Shown here piece by piece: positions 10,735 through 24,093 of a DNA stretch of 64,000 bases. Source of the stretch: Mobula hypostoma (Eukaryota); the NCBI RefSeq assembly GCF_963921235.1, contig NC_086097.1, positions 82,648,001 to 82,712,000 on the forward strand, written 5' to 3'. The first letter of the stretch is position 1. Each line of letters opens with the position of its first letter. The position numbers were made by a program, and so were the translations under genes. The notes beneath the pieces are model-generated. The model was not told the DNA's origin. It was given only the letters and a program-made list of their open reading frames with translations, and searched no databases.

Positions 10735-13503
10735 CAGAGACTTGGATGGCTCAGGGGCAGGAATGGTTATTTAGAGTGCCAGCTTTAGATGTCTCAGCAA
10801 GGATAAGGAGGGAGGCAAAGAGGTGGGGGCGTGGCACTGTTGATCAGAGATAATATCACGGCTGCAGAAAAGGAGGAAGTTATGGAGGGATTGTCTACGG
10901 AGTCTCTGTGGGTGGAAATTAGAAACAGGAAAGGGTCAATAAATCTACTGGGTGTTTTTTATAGACCACTCAATAGTAACAGGGACATCGAGGAGCAGAT
11001 AGGGAGACAGATTCTGGGAAGGTGTAATAATAACAGGGTTGTCATGGTTGGAGATTTTAATTTTCCAAATATTGATTGGCATCTCCCTAGAGCAAGGGGT
11101 TTAGAAGAGGTGCAGTTTGTTAGGTGTGTTCAGGAAAGTTTCCTGACACAATATGTAGATAAGCCTACAAGAGAAGAGGCTGTACTTGATCTGGTATTTA
11201 GAAGTGAACCTGGTCAGGTGTCAGGTCTCTGTGGGAGAGAATTTTGGAGATAGTGGTCACAATTCTATCTCCTTTACCATAGCATTGGAGAGGGATAGGA
11301 ACAGACAAGTTAGGAAAACATTTAATTGGAGTAAGGGGAAATATGAAGCTATCAGCCAGGAACTTGGAAGCATAAATTTGGAATAGATGTTCTCAGGGAA
11401 ATTTACAGCAGAAATGTGGCAAATGTTCAGCGTATAATTGGGTGGTGTTCTGCATAGGTACGTTCCAGTGAGACAGGAAAAGGATGGTAGGGTACAGGAA
11501 CTATAGTGTAAAAAGGCTGTTGAAAATTCTAGTCAAGAAGAAAAGAAAATCATACGAAAGGTTCAAAAAACTAGGTAATGATAGAGATCTAGAAGATTAT
11601 AAGGCTATCAGGAAGGAGCTTAAGAATGAAATTAGGAGAGCCAGAAGGGGCCATGAGAAGGCCTTGGCGAATGGGATTAAAGAAAACCCCAAGGCACTCT
11701 ACAAGTATGTGGAGAGCAAGAGGATAAGACGTGAGAGAATTGGACCAATCAAGTGGAGAAGTGTATATGGAACCGAAGGAGATAGCAGAGGTACTTAATG
11801 AATACATTGCTTCAGTGTTCACTACAGAAAAGGATCTCAGCATTTATAGGAATGACTGACAGTGGATTGACAAGCTTGAGCATATAGACATTAAGAAAGA
11901 GGATGTGCTGGAGCTTTTGGAAAGCATCAAGTTGGATAAGTCTCCTGGACTGGACAAGATGTATCCCAGGCTACTGTGGGAGGTGAGGGAAGAGATTGCT
12001 GAGCCTCTGGCAATGATCTTTGCATCATCAGTGGGGAGAGGGGAGGTTCCGGAGGACTGGAGGGTTGCAGATGTTGTTCCCTTATTCAAGAAAGGGAGTA
12101 GAAATAGCCCAGGAAATTATAGACTAGTGAGTCTTATTTCAGTAGTTGGTAAGTTAATGGAGAAAATCCTAACAGGCAGGATTTATGAACATTTGGAGAG
12201 GGATAATATGATTATGAATAGTCAGCATGGCTTTGTCAAAGGCAGATTGCGCCTTACGAGCCCGATTGAATTTTTTTGAGGATGTGACCAAACAGGTTGA
12301 AGAAGGTAGAGCAGTAGATGTAGTGTATATGGATTTCAGCAAGGCATTTGATAAGGTACCCCATGCCAGGCTTATTGAGAAAGTAAGGAGCCAAGGAATC
12401 CAAGGGGACACTGCTTTGTGGATCCAGAACTGGCGTGCCCACAGAAGGCAAAGAGTGGTTGTAGAGAGGTCATATTCTGCATGGAGATCAGTCACCAGTG
12501 GTGTGCCTCAGGGATCTGTTCTGGGACCCCTACTCTTTGTGATTTTTATTAATGATCTGGATGAAGAAGTGGAGGAATGGGTTAGTAAATTTGCTGATGA
12601 CACAAAAGTTGGGGGTGTTGTGGATAATGTGGAGGGCTGTCAGAGGTTACAGCAGGACATTGATAAGGATGCAAAACTGGGCTGAGAAGTGGCAGATGGA
12701 GTTCAACCCAGTTAAGTGTGAGGTGGTTCATTTTGGTAGGTCAAATATGATGGCAGAATGTAGTATTAATGGTAAGACTCTTGACAGTGTGGAGGATCAG
12801 AGGGATTTTGGGGTCTGAGACCATAGGACACTCAAAGCTGCTGCGCAGGTTGACTCTGTGGTTAAGAAGGCATACAGTGCATTGGTCTTCATCAACCGTG
12901 GGATTGAGTTTAAGAGCCGAGAGGTAATGTTGCAGCTATATAGGACCCTGGTCAGACCCCACTTGGAGTACTGTGCTCAGTTCTGGTCACCTCACTGCAG
13001 GAAGGATGTGGAAACTACAGAAAGGGTGGAGAGGAGATTTACAAGGATGTTGCCTGGATTGGGGAGCATGCCCTATGAGAATAGGTTGAGTGAACTCAGC
13101 CTTTTCTCCTTGGAGTGACAGAGGATGAGAGGTGACCTGATAGAGGTGTACAACGTAATGAGAGGCATTGATCATGTGGATAGTCAGAGGCTTTTTCCCA
13201 GGGCTGAAATGGCTAACACAAGAGGACACAGTTTTAACGTGCTTGGAAGTAGGTACAGAGGAGATGTCAGGGGTAAGTTTTTACGCAGAGAGTGGTGAGT
13301 GTGTGGAATGGGCTTCTGGTGATGGTGGTGGAGGCAGATACGATAGAATCTTTTAAGAGACTCCTGGATATGTACATGGAGCTTAAAAAAATAGAGGGCT
13401 ATGGGTAACCCTAGGTAATTTCTAAAGTAAGTACATGTTTGACACAACGTTGTGTGCTGAAGGTCCTGTATTGTGCTGTAGTTTTTCTATATTTCTATGT
13501 TTC
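10735..13503 (+). mobile_element. CR1 LINE, near-complete ORF2 (APE endonuclease + RT), frameshifted
   Basis: [70 protein letters not shown]-type tail. Confidence 0.96.
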
Positions 13504-14424
13504 GAACACGAACAAAATAACAGTTTTATTTATCAAGCAATTTAGTTGTTATGATTTTTCATGACAGCTCTGAATCCATTTCACGTTTGTCCCAAACTCA
13601 AATTAAATCTTCAAGAGTAGATTTAAGTGATCATTTGTTAAACAGAAAAATAACATTGTGTGGAAAAAACAATTTACGCAAATATTATTTTGTACAAATT
13701 GCGTTAAGAAATGTTCTATCTGTCAGAGCAACATTATTTAGTACTTTTATGTTGCTGACAAATAAGTCTAAAATTGTGTAACAAAAATTATCTTTGAGAT
13801 AATTGCTGCTGAAGTTTCTGCTAAGAACAGAATTTCTTTTTGTCATTGAAATATGTTAAAATGAAGAAAATTAATTTATAACAATGGTTGAGTCTTTTCA
13901 TTCTTTAGAGGAAACTTTTGTCGAAACATACTGATTCTGGCCCTGCACCTACTGGGTCTGTGACGTAATTCATTCACAAACTGTCTGAGTGATCTGAATT
14001 TGTGAACATTAGTAGACTTAAAGAGCAATTTCACTTTAAGTTATTTAAAAAGAAATAATACCAGGACTGAGCTGAAAACAGCCATTGTTCCATTAATGGT
14101 GGTTTGGTGTGAAGCAAACTGATGGCATCTTCGTTTGCTTATCCTGGTTTTGTTTCATACATTTTCAGACTGCTGATTTCCTCCAAGGTGAAAGGGATTA
14201 AAATTAGGCATACTGAACTGAATTGAGTGGTAAACTGTTACAAATTGGGACTGCTGGCTGTCAACAGTGGCAGCTTTTTTTCATCTCGGATTTCTGGGAG
14301 TGCTCAATTGAATATGGAAGTTCAAAGTGAGCAAGTGAACTCTCAGAACGTAGAACTTTTAAACGTGGGTCCACGAACAGTGGTAGAACCCACAGATGTT
14401 CAATACCCTGAGACGGCATGGTGG

Positions 14425-14760
14425 TACAGACACGACAGCTGCTCTCTCACAGCTGCAGTAATCTGGTTATAACATTGACCTCCAGTGCTGTCCTTGTAGA
14501 ATTTGCATGTTTTCCATGTGACCACATTGGTTTCCTCCAATTTTTTCAAATATCACTTGGACATGCAGACTGGTGGATTAATTGGCCACTGCATATTGCC
14601 CCTCATCTGTAGGTGAGTGGTAGAATCCCAAGGGACGTGATGGGAATATGGGGAGGATAAAATGGCATTAGTATAGCTGCGATGTAAATGGGTTCTGATA
14701 GTTAGCATGACTTGATGGGCCAAAGGGCAAGTTTTCCTGCTCTATATTTCAATGTTCTTT
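14425..14760 (+). mobile_element. V-SINE/HE1-like SINE with CR1-type tail
   Basis: V-domain-like TGTAGAATTTGCATGTTTTCCATGTGACC..GGTTTCCTCC; tail GATGGGCCAAAGGG. Confidence 0.6.
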
Positions 14761-16231
14761 GTATTGAGGAGCCAAGTTACCTGTAAAATGTCTTAGGAGC
14801 TGATGTACTCTGTGCTGTCATGTAAACAACAGAGTAATTCCTTGATATTCCTTAAAATATGCACTTTTTTTAAAAAAGGCATGATATTTGTGAAAGCAAT
14901 CCATTGATGGCCCTTGTATTGTGGTAGGTGAAGAGATGAACCTATCACTAGTTAATAGGCAGTTAGCACAGAGCACCCCCGTCTCCATTCTCATCAATAA
15001 TAGGAATATTGTTTTGGATACTGTTGTGGGGAAAGTCCTCCCAGGGGAATGCCACAGAGACCAGGTTACTGGCACTGAGCATGGGTCTGTAGGGTAGAAG
15101 GGAAAGAGGGAGAATGGGAGTGGTCGTGGTAGGGGACTCAGTAGTCAAAGCAATAGATAGGAGATTCTGTGGATGTGAACGGGACACCTAGATGGTATGT
15201 TGACTCCCAGGTCCCAGGGTCAGGGATGTCACTGATTGCATCCACGGCATTTTGGAGGGGGAGTGAGAGCAGCCAGATGTCTTGGTACATACTTGTACCA
15301 ATGACGTAGGAAGAAAAAGCAAAGAGGTCTTGAAGAGAGAATTTAGAGTCTAGGAAGAAATCTGAGAAGCAGGACCTCCAGAGTAGAAACTTTTGGGTTG
15401 CTACCTGTGCCACGTGCATGTGAGGGTAAAAACAGGATGATTTGGCAGATAAATGCGTGGCTGAGAAGCTGGTGCATGGGACAGGTCTTCAGGTTCTTGG
15501 ATTATTGGGATCTCTTCTGGGGGAGGTATGATCTGTTCAAAAGTGATGGGTTGCACCTGAACCCGAGGGGAACCAATATTTTTATGGACAGGATTGTTCA
15601 AGCTGTTGGGGAGGGGGTTTAAACTAATTTGGCAGGAGGATGGGAACCGGAGTGAAGATACTCAGTATAGGACGGATGGTAAAAAAGCAAGGATGGTATG
15701 GAGTCAGGCTGTCAGGAAGGGGAGGCAGATGATGGGACAAAATAGTAGCCAGCAGGGTGAGTACCAGTGCATTAGGGATGCAGAATCAAAAAGGAGAGCA
15801 AATACAGTACTTAGTGTGTTATATGCATGGAGTATAAGAAATAAGGTTAATGCTCTTGTTGCACTTTTACAGATTGTTGGGTATAATGTTGTGGCTATCA
15901 CTGAATCATGGCTGGAGGATGGTTGTAGTCAGGAGCTGACTGTCCATGGTTAAACATTTAATCAGGGGATAGGAAGGCAGGCAGATGGGGTACACGGCTC
16001 TGCTGGTAAAGTATGGCATCAAATGAGTGAAAAGTTGTGACATGGGATCAGAAGGTGTTGAATCCTTGTGGGTTAAGAAACTGCAAGGATAAAAGTACAT
16101 TGTTAGCCGTTATACAGGCCTCTCAACAGTAACTGGAATACGGATGACAGATTACAATGGGGAATAGAAAATGCATGTCAAAAGGGCAATGTTATGATGT
16201 TCATGGGAGATTTGACATGCAGGTAGATTGG

Positions 16232-17313
16232 AATAGGATCCTCGACTTCCTAACCCGGAAAGCCATAATCTGTGCAGATTGGTGATAATATCGCCTCCTT
16301 GCTGACAATCAACACTGTGCACCACAGGGGTGTGTGCTTAGCCCACTGCTCTACTCTCTCTATACCCATGACTGTGTGGGTAAGCATAGCTCAAATACCA
16401 TCTATAAATTTGCTGATGATACAACCATTGTTGGTAGAATCTCAGATGGTGATGAGAGGGCGTACAGGAGTGAGATATGCCAACTAGTGGAGTGCTGTCA
16501 CAACAGTCTTGCAACGTCAGTAAGGTGAAAGAGCTGATTGTGGACTTCCAAGAGGGTAAGATGAAGGAACACATACCAATCCTCAAAGAGGGATCAGAAG
16601 TGGAGAGAGTGAACAGTTTCAAGTTCCTGGGTGTCAAGATCTCTGAGGATCTAACCTGGTCCCAACATATCAATGCAGTTATAAACTAGGCAAGACAGTG
16701 ACTATGCTTCATTATGAGTTTGAAGAGATTTGGTATGGCAACAAATACACTCAAAAACTTCTATAGATGTAGCGCGGAGAGCATTCTGACAGGCTGCATC
16801 ACTGTCTGGTATGGGGGGGGGCGGGGGGCTACTGCACAGGACCGAAAGGAGCTGCAGAGGGTCCTAAATTTAGTCGGCTCCATCTTGGGTACGAGCCTAC
16901 AAAGTACCCAGGACATCTTCAAGGAGCGGTGTCTCAGAAAGGTAGCGTCCATTATTAATGCCTTCCAGCACCCAGGACATGCCCTTTTCTCACTGTTACC
17001 ATCAGGTAAGAGATACAGAAGCCTGAAGGCACACACTCAGTGATTCAGGAACAGCTTCTTCCCCTCTGCCATCCAATCCCTAAATGGACATTAAACCCAT
17101 GAACACTACCTCACTTTATTAATATATATTATTTCTGTTTTTTGTACAATTTTTAATCTATTCAATATATGTATAGTGCAATTGATTAACAATTATTATT
17201 ATTCTTTTATTTATTACTTTTTCTTCTATATTATGTATTGCATTGAACTGCTACTGCTAAGTTAACAAAATTCACGACACATGCCAATGATAATAAACCT
17301 GATTCTGATTCTG
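16232..17313 (+). mobile_element. Rex1/Babar-type LINE, 5'-truncated, nested in CR1
   Basis: LSPLLYSLYTHDC, KFADDTTIVG, KELIVDF, FKFLGV.ISEDLTW, ESILTGCITVWYG, HPGHALFSLLPSG; (GATTCT)n tail. Confidence 0.88.
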
Positions 17314-17727
17314 AAAAATCAGGTTGGTAATGGATCTCAAGAGAGTGAATCTGTTGAATGCCTACGAGATGGCATTTTAGAGCAGATTGTCGTTGAGCCT
17401 ATTAGGGGATGAGCCATATTGGATTGGGTGTTATGTAATGAACCAGAGGTAATTAGGTTACTTAAGGTAAAGGAACCCTTAGGGGTAGGTGATCACAATA
17501 TGATTGAGCTCAACTTGAAATTTGATGGGAAGGAAGTAATGTCTGATGTAGCAGTATTTCAGTGGAGTAAAGGAAATTTCAGTGGTATGAGGGAGGAGTT
17601 GGCCAGAGTAAATTGGAAAGAAAAGCTGGCAGGGATGACAGCACAACAGCAAAGCCCTGAGCTTCTGGGAAAAATGAGGAAGGTGCAGAGTAGATGTGTT
17701 CCAAACACAAAGAAATACTCAAATGCT

Positions 17728-17973
17728 GCTTTGCTTTTAGTTAGTTGCACGGTGGGTTTTTTTTGGGGGTTTTTTTTTCTTTTTTTCCATTGATATATAT
17801 AAAATCTAGTATACTATTATGTTATCTTGGTTTCTTATGCTTAAATTACATTGTTTGTAGTATTTTCTTTTTGGTATTGTTATCTTTTGGAATTTTATTA
17901 TACTTTAACATTGTATTAATGTTTATATGGCTTACCTTTTTTGTATACTTACTCAATAAAAAGATTTAAAAAG
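17728..17973 (+). mobile_element. L1-like 3'UTR insertion with 18-bp TSD
   Basis: Exact direct repeat AAGAAATACTCAAATGCT at 17710-17727 and 17974-17991; T-rich body, AATAAA and A-rich end. Confidence 0.7.
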
Positions 17974-20509
17974 AAGAAATACTCAAATGCTAAAATAGTA
18001 CAACCATGGCTGACAAGGGAAGTCAAAGCTAATGTAAAAGCAAAAGAGAAGGCATACAACAAAGCAAAAATGAGCAGAAAGATAGATTGGGAAGCTTTTA
18101 TGAATCTACAGAAAGCAACTAAAATAATCATCAGGAGGGAAAAGATGGCATATGAAAGCAAGCTAGCAAAAAACATCAAGGTGGATAGAAAAAGCTTTTT
18201 CAAGTATATAAAAAAACAAGAGAGGTGAGAGTGAATATAGGACAGCTAGAAAATAAGGCCGAGAGAAATAATAACTGGGGACAAGGAGATGGCAGATGAA
18301 CTAAATGAGTATTTTGCACTAGTCTTCACTGTGGAAGACACTAGCAGTGTGCCAAGTGTTGAAGGGTGTGAGGGAAGAGAAGTGACTGCAGTTACTATTA
18401 CAGGGGGATGATGCTCAAAAAGCTGAAAGACCTAAAGGTGCATAAATCACCCGGACCAGATTAACTTCACCCTAGGGTTTTGAAAACAGTAGCTCTAGAG
18501 ATTGTGGAGGTATTAAAAATTATTTTTCAAGAATCATTGTACTCTGGCATGGTTCTTGAGGACTGGAAAATTGCAGTTACTCCATTCTTTAAGAAAGAAG
18601 GGAGGTAGCATAAAGGAATTTATAGTTCAGTTAGCCTGACTGTGGTTGAGCAGATGTTGGAGTCGACTGTAAAGGATGAGGTTATGGAGTACTTGGTGAC
18701 CCAGAACAAGATAGGACAAAGTCAGCATGATTTCGTTAAGGAAAAATCTTGCCTGACAATCTTGCCTATTGGAATTCTTTGAGGAGATTACAAGCAGGAT
18801 AGATAAAGGGGATGCATTGGATGTTGTATATTTAGATTTTCAGAAGGCCTTTGACAAGGAGCCACACATGAGTCTGCTTACCAACCTAAGAGCCCTTGGC
18901 ATTACCAGAAAGTTCCTGGCATGGGTAGAGCATTGGCTAACTGGTAGGAGGTAGTGAGTGGGAATAAAATGATCCTTTTCTGGTGCTGCCTGTGAATAGC
19001 GGTGTTCTGCAAGGGTCGACGTTGGGACCACTTCTTTTTGTGGTGTATATCAATGATTTAGATGATGGAATAGATAGATGGCTTTGTTGCCAAGCTTGCA
19101 GATGATATGAAAATTGGTCGAGGGACAGGTAGTGTTGAGGAAACAGGAAGGTTGCAGAAGGGCCTAAACAGATTAGGACAATGGGCAAGAAAGTGGCAAA
19201 TGAAATACAATGTTGGAAAATGCATGGTCATACACTTTGGTGGAAGAACTAAATGTGCAGACTATTTTCTCAGCAGGGAGAAAATCCAAAAATCTGAGAC
19301 GCAAAGGAACTTGGGAGTCCTTGTGCAGAACACCCTAAAGGTTAACTTACAGGTTGAGTCGGTGGTGAGGATGGCAAATGTAGTGTTAGCATTCATTTCA
19401 AGAGGCCTAGAATACAAGAGCAAGGATGTGATGCTGAGGCTTTATAAGGCTCTAGTGAGGCCTCACCTTGAGTATTGTGTACAGTTTTGGGCTCCTCATC
19501 TAAGAAAAGCTGTGCTGGCATTGGAGAGGGTTCAGAGGAGGTTCACAAGGATGATTCTTGCAATGAAAGGGTTATCATTTGAGAAAAGTTTGATGGCTCT
19601 GGGTGTGTACTCACTGGAACTAGAATGATGGGGGGGGATCTCATTGAAACCTTTCGAATGTTGAAAGCGCTAGACAGAGTAGAAGTGAAAAGGATGATGA
19701 GGGATAGGACAACTGGGCACAGCCTCAGGATAGAGGGGCGTCCTTTTTAAACAGTGGTATGGAGAAATTTCTTTAGCCAGAGGGTGGTGAATTTGTGGAA
19801 TTTGTTACCACGGCAGCTATGGAGGCCAGGTCATTGGGCATATTTAAGGTGGAGATTGATAGGTTCTTGATTGATCACGGCATCAATAGCTATGGGGAGA
19901 AGGCCAGGGAGTGCGGTTGAGGAGGGGAAAAAGGATCAGCCATGACTGAATGGCGGATCAATCTCGATGGGCTAAATGGCCTAATTCTGCTCCTATGTCT
20001 TATGGTCTAAGATGAACTTCAGTTCTATAAAGTGCTATGCCAAGGTCCTACTTTGTTGTACCCTTCCATACTTTGAAGTCTTTGGTGGTAAAAGAAATAC
20101 CACCATTTAAAAAAAATCTAGAACTTTATGTAATTTGTCAATCCTGTCAGGTATTTGTGGTTCATTTCAACATTCACCTCACTTGACCCATTTTAGAATG
20201 CTGTGGCCATTTCATTTCCTGTGAATTACAAATATTGAATCCACACAGTATTATGGTAATCCTGCTCTGAAAAAGATTTGGCTCCCCTTGCAAGGCTGGT
20301 AATTTTCTGCATGTTTTTTGAATATCCTTGTATACGTCATAACCAGTCATTGAATTCAGAACAATGGAATGTTATCCATGTCTGCAGTAAGAGGAAATCA
20401 GAAAGTTCAACAAAAAGAATGGAAGTGTAAACATGGAAAAAAATTTGTCTCATTTCCAGAAGATGTATATAATTTAAATAAAAAAGCATTCTCAAGCCAC
20501 ATAGCTTTA

Positions 20510-21211
20510 CGAGGGATGATTGATAAGTTCGTGTCCTAAGGTAGAAGGAGTCAATTTTAGAAAACCTAGCACATCTATTTTTCAACATAGTCCCCTCCTA
20601 CATTTACACATTTAGTCCAGCGGCCATGGAGCATACGGATCCCTTCTTTGTAGAAGTCCGCGTCTTGGACCTCCAAGAAGTGGTCCACAGCCGGGGTGAT
20701 TGATAAGTTTGTGGCCTAAGGTAGACGGAGATGAGTTATACAGCTCTCATTACATGCAAGTGCAGTTCAACTCTTTGAGTGATTATGCAGAAAGTTTGAA
20801 GTTAATAACTCATCTCCTTCTACTTTAGGCCACAAACTTATCAATCACCCCTGCTGTGGACCACTTTCTGGAGGTCCAAGATGCCGACTTCTACAAAGAA
20901 AGGATCCATATGCTCCATGACCACTGGACTAAGTGTGCAAATGCAGGAGGCGACTATGTTGAAAAATAAATGTGCTAGGTTTTCTAAAATTGATTCCTTC
21001 TACCTTAGGCCACGAACTTATCAATCACCCCTGCTGTGGACCACTTTCTGGAGGTCCAAGACGCCGACTTCTACAAAAACGGGATCCGTATGCTCCACGA
21101 CTGCTGGACTAAGTGTGTAAATGTAGGAGGGGACTATGTTGAAAAATAAATGTGCTAGGTTTTCTAAAATTGAATCCTACCTTAGGCCACAAACTTATCA
21201 ATCACCCCTCG
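20510..21211. mobile_element. Mariner-derived fold-back non-autonomous element with five TIR copies
   Basis: TA-flanked CGAGGGATGATTGATAAGTT...AACTTATCAATCACCCCTCG; 180-bp units encode the mariner C-terminus (DFYKNGIRMLHDCWTKCVNVGGDYVEK*). Confidence 0.9.
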
Positions 21212-21825
21212 TATGTCATTCTCCTGTGATATATTTTTGTACCCATTAGTACTTTATCAAATACAGAGGCTTTATTACTGAAGTCTCAGATTCATTCTAT
21301 TTAAGTAGTTACTTCCCAAATTCCAGCAATGAAAGTATCCTTTAAAGTAATTTAATAATTAATTGCTATGTATTTTAGCTTACGCATAATTTATCATTTG
21401 ATTACCATTTTAACATAAAAATGCTTGATGGTCATTATAGACAAGAGAAGCTAAAGGATTGATTCTATGCTATGTGGATCTACTACTCTTTGAATTAATT
21501 AAACAACAGAGTTTCAGACTGTCCAGACATGAATGGAGTGGGTTATAAGAGGTTTGCTCATGAAGTAACTTTACACCTCAGTCTCCAGGTTAATTGCATA
21601 ATATCTAACAGTTATTGTAAAAATCACAATTAATGTAAGTTATTTATTTTGGTAATGAATGTAGTTAGTGTACAGTGATGTTTAGATACGATCTTAAGCA
21701 GATTATCAATTTGTCAAGGTATTTATTATATTGCTGTCAAAAATATTTAAATAAGTAATATTTACATAAATGTGTACATTTTGTATGACTCAAAAACAGT
21801 AGCAGTAGCTTTTTAAAAATGTCAG

Positions 21826-23055
21826 ACATCAGAGCAAGATTAGGCCATTCTGCCTATCGAATCTGCTCCACCATTCCAGCATGGCTGATTTCTTATCCCT
21901 CTCAGCCCCATTCTCCGGCCCCTCCCTGTAATCTTTGCCACCCTGACTAATCAAGAACCTATCAATGTTCACATTAAATATACCCACTGTTTTGGCCTCC
22001 AGCAGCAGTCTGTGCAATGAATTCCACAGATTCTCCACCCTCTGGCTAAAGAATTTCCTCCTCCTCTGTTCTAAATGGACGTGTCTCTATTCAGAGGCTG
22101 TGCTCCTTGGTTCTAGACTCACTCACTATGGAAAACATGCTCTCCACATCATCTCTATCTCGGCCTTTCAATATTTGATGGATTTCTATGAGGTACCTCC
22201 TATTCTTGTAAACTCCAGTGAGTATGGGCCTAGAACCATCAAAAACTCCTCGTACATTAACCCTTTCATCCCTAGAATCATTCTTATGAACACCCTCTGG
22301 ACCCTCTCCAATGCCAGCACATCCTCTCTTAAATAAGAGGCCCAAAACTGCTCACAATACTCTCAAGTACAGTCTGACCAATGCCTTATAAAGCCTTAGC
22401 ATTACATCCTTTATTTTAATTCTAGTTCTCTCGAAATAAATGCTACCATTGCATTGGCTTTCCTTGCCACTGACTCAACCTGCAAGTTAAACTTTAGGGA
22501 ATCCTGCACAAGTACTCCCAGGTCTCTTTGCACCTTTTGATTTTTGAATTTTTTTTTAGAAAATAGTCTACAACTTTATTCCTTCTACCGGAGAGCATGA
22601 TCATGTACTTCCCTACACTATATTCCATTTGCCACTTCCTTGCCTATTCTTCCAATCTGTCCAAGTCCTTCCGCAGACTCCCAGCTTCCTCAATGCTACC
22701 TGCCCCTCTGCATATTTTCTTATTGTCCACAAACTTGGCCACAAAGCCTTCGTCCAAATCATTGACATATAACATGAGAAGAAACAACCACAACACTGAC
22801 CCCTGTGTTAACACCTCTAGCTGCCAGCAGCTAACCAGAAACGGCCCCCTTTATTCCCACTCTTTGCCTCCTGCCAGTCAACCAATTTTCCATCCATGCT
22901 AGTATTTTTCCTATAATACCACGGGCGCTTATCTTGTTAAGCAGCCTCATGAGTGGCTCATTGTCAAAGGCCTTCTGAAAAAGCAAGTATACAACATCTA
23001 CTGACTCTCCTTTGTCTATCCAGGCTGTTATTTCCTTAAGGAAGTCCAACAAATA
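21826..23055 (-). mobile_element. CR1 3' fragment
   Basis: DVVYLLFQKAFDNEP, WLTGRRQRVGIKG and NLWNSL motifs on the minus strand. Confidence 0.9.
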
Positions 23056-24025
23056 TAGCACATAAAAAATAAAAGTTTAATTGATATTTTGTCTGCTATA
23101 TTGACATGGAATTTGACTGAACATGTCAGCATTTGCCCTTTCACGTGCAAATAAGTCTGGGGTGCCTATGAATGTGTATGTCCCCAACTTTTTGGTAACT
23201 GACATTCTCTATCACTGCCTCCTCCAGTTCAAACAACCTGTGTGAGGTTAAATGAGAATTTTTGTCTCCATTCATTAAAACAGAGGGTAATGTCTGTGAG
23301 GAACCAAAGCTATTTGTGGGTAACTTCCATTAAAGAATTGTTTTAAGGTTTTTTAGTTTATTTAAGGAATTTTGTGTCTTGCATTTCTAATGACTTAAAA
23401 GGTGAATATTTTAATTAATTTTTACCAGTTTGCCATGTTGCATGACTCAGTCAGCTGCTGTTTTTTTTCAGCAATTTCAGAGGAAGATGGTCTGCAAGTT
23501 AAGCTTTATTGCCACCCCTTGCATGGTGGTCGTTATATGCTCTCCCAACCTCAGACTAGCCCTGGTCTAACCCTAAGCATGGATTACAGATCAGAATATG
23601 AAAGCTAAGATGGGAGCTGTTATGCATGACCAAGTGTGACATTAAAGAACTTTGTTAAAACTGAAACCACAGGGAATTCCTGATTTAACTGATAAGTGCC
23701 AAATGAGCTAATTTGTTTGAAATTATTGGAGTTTGAACGTCCTTCGATGCTCTAAAGGTGCAAGAAGAATTGAAAATTGCAATGAATTAACAGAGCATCT
23801 TTTCACTGAGCTTGGCTCTTGCTTCAGCCAACAAGTTTGCCTCAAGAGATCTGCACAAAAAACATGCAATCTGTTTTTCGAGTGAGTGAAGAGGTTGAAG
23901 GATAGCTATTGACAGAAATTTCTGCACTTTTGCCAAAGGGATCAAGTGATACACTAGGTACAAATCCTATAATGCTTTTCCATTTTATAATCTGCACAAA
24001 TTAATTCTGCAGTCCAGCATTGAAA

Positions 24026-24093
24026 ATGGAGGATAATACAGTTATCTTCCTTTCAGCCTTTGTTTATGTTGCGTTCGACTCAACTATTGATAG
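24026..24093 (+). CDS. Candidate (alternative) first coding exon, MEDNTVIFLSAFVYVAFDSTID-, gene unknown
   Basis: ATG in AAAATGG context, in-frame upstream TAA at 24002, open frame to the donor AG|GTATGT; lies in sequence with no recognised repeat. No homology support. Confidence 0.25.

Larger units (their letters stand above)
14940..20010 (+). mobile_element. Near full-length decayed CR1 (ORF1 SGNH + ORF2) with two nested insertions
   Basis: ORF1: VVVGDS, INAWLRSWC, DGLHLNPRGT. ORF2: [39 protein letters not shown]. Tail CCTATGTCTTATGGTCT. Confidence 0.93.

Noticed and set aside
13908..13965. Possible small exon (TTCTTTAG|AGGAAAC...GAC|GTAATT)
   Set aside because: Weak donor and no recognisable peptide.
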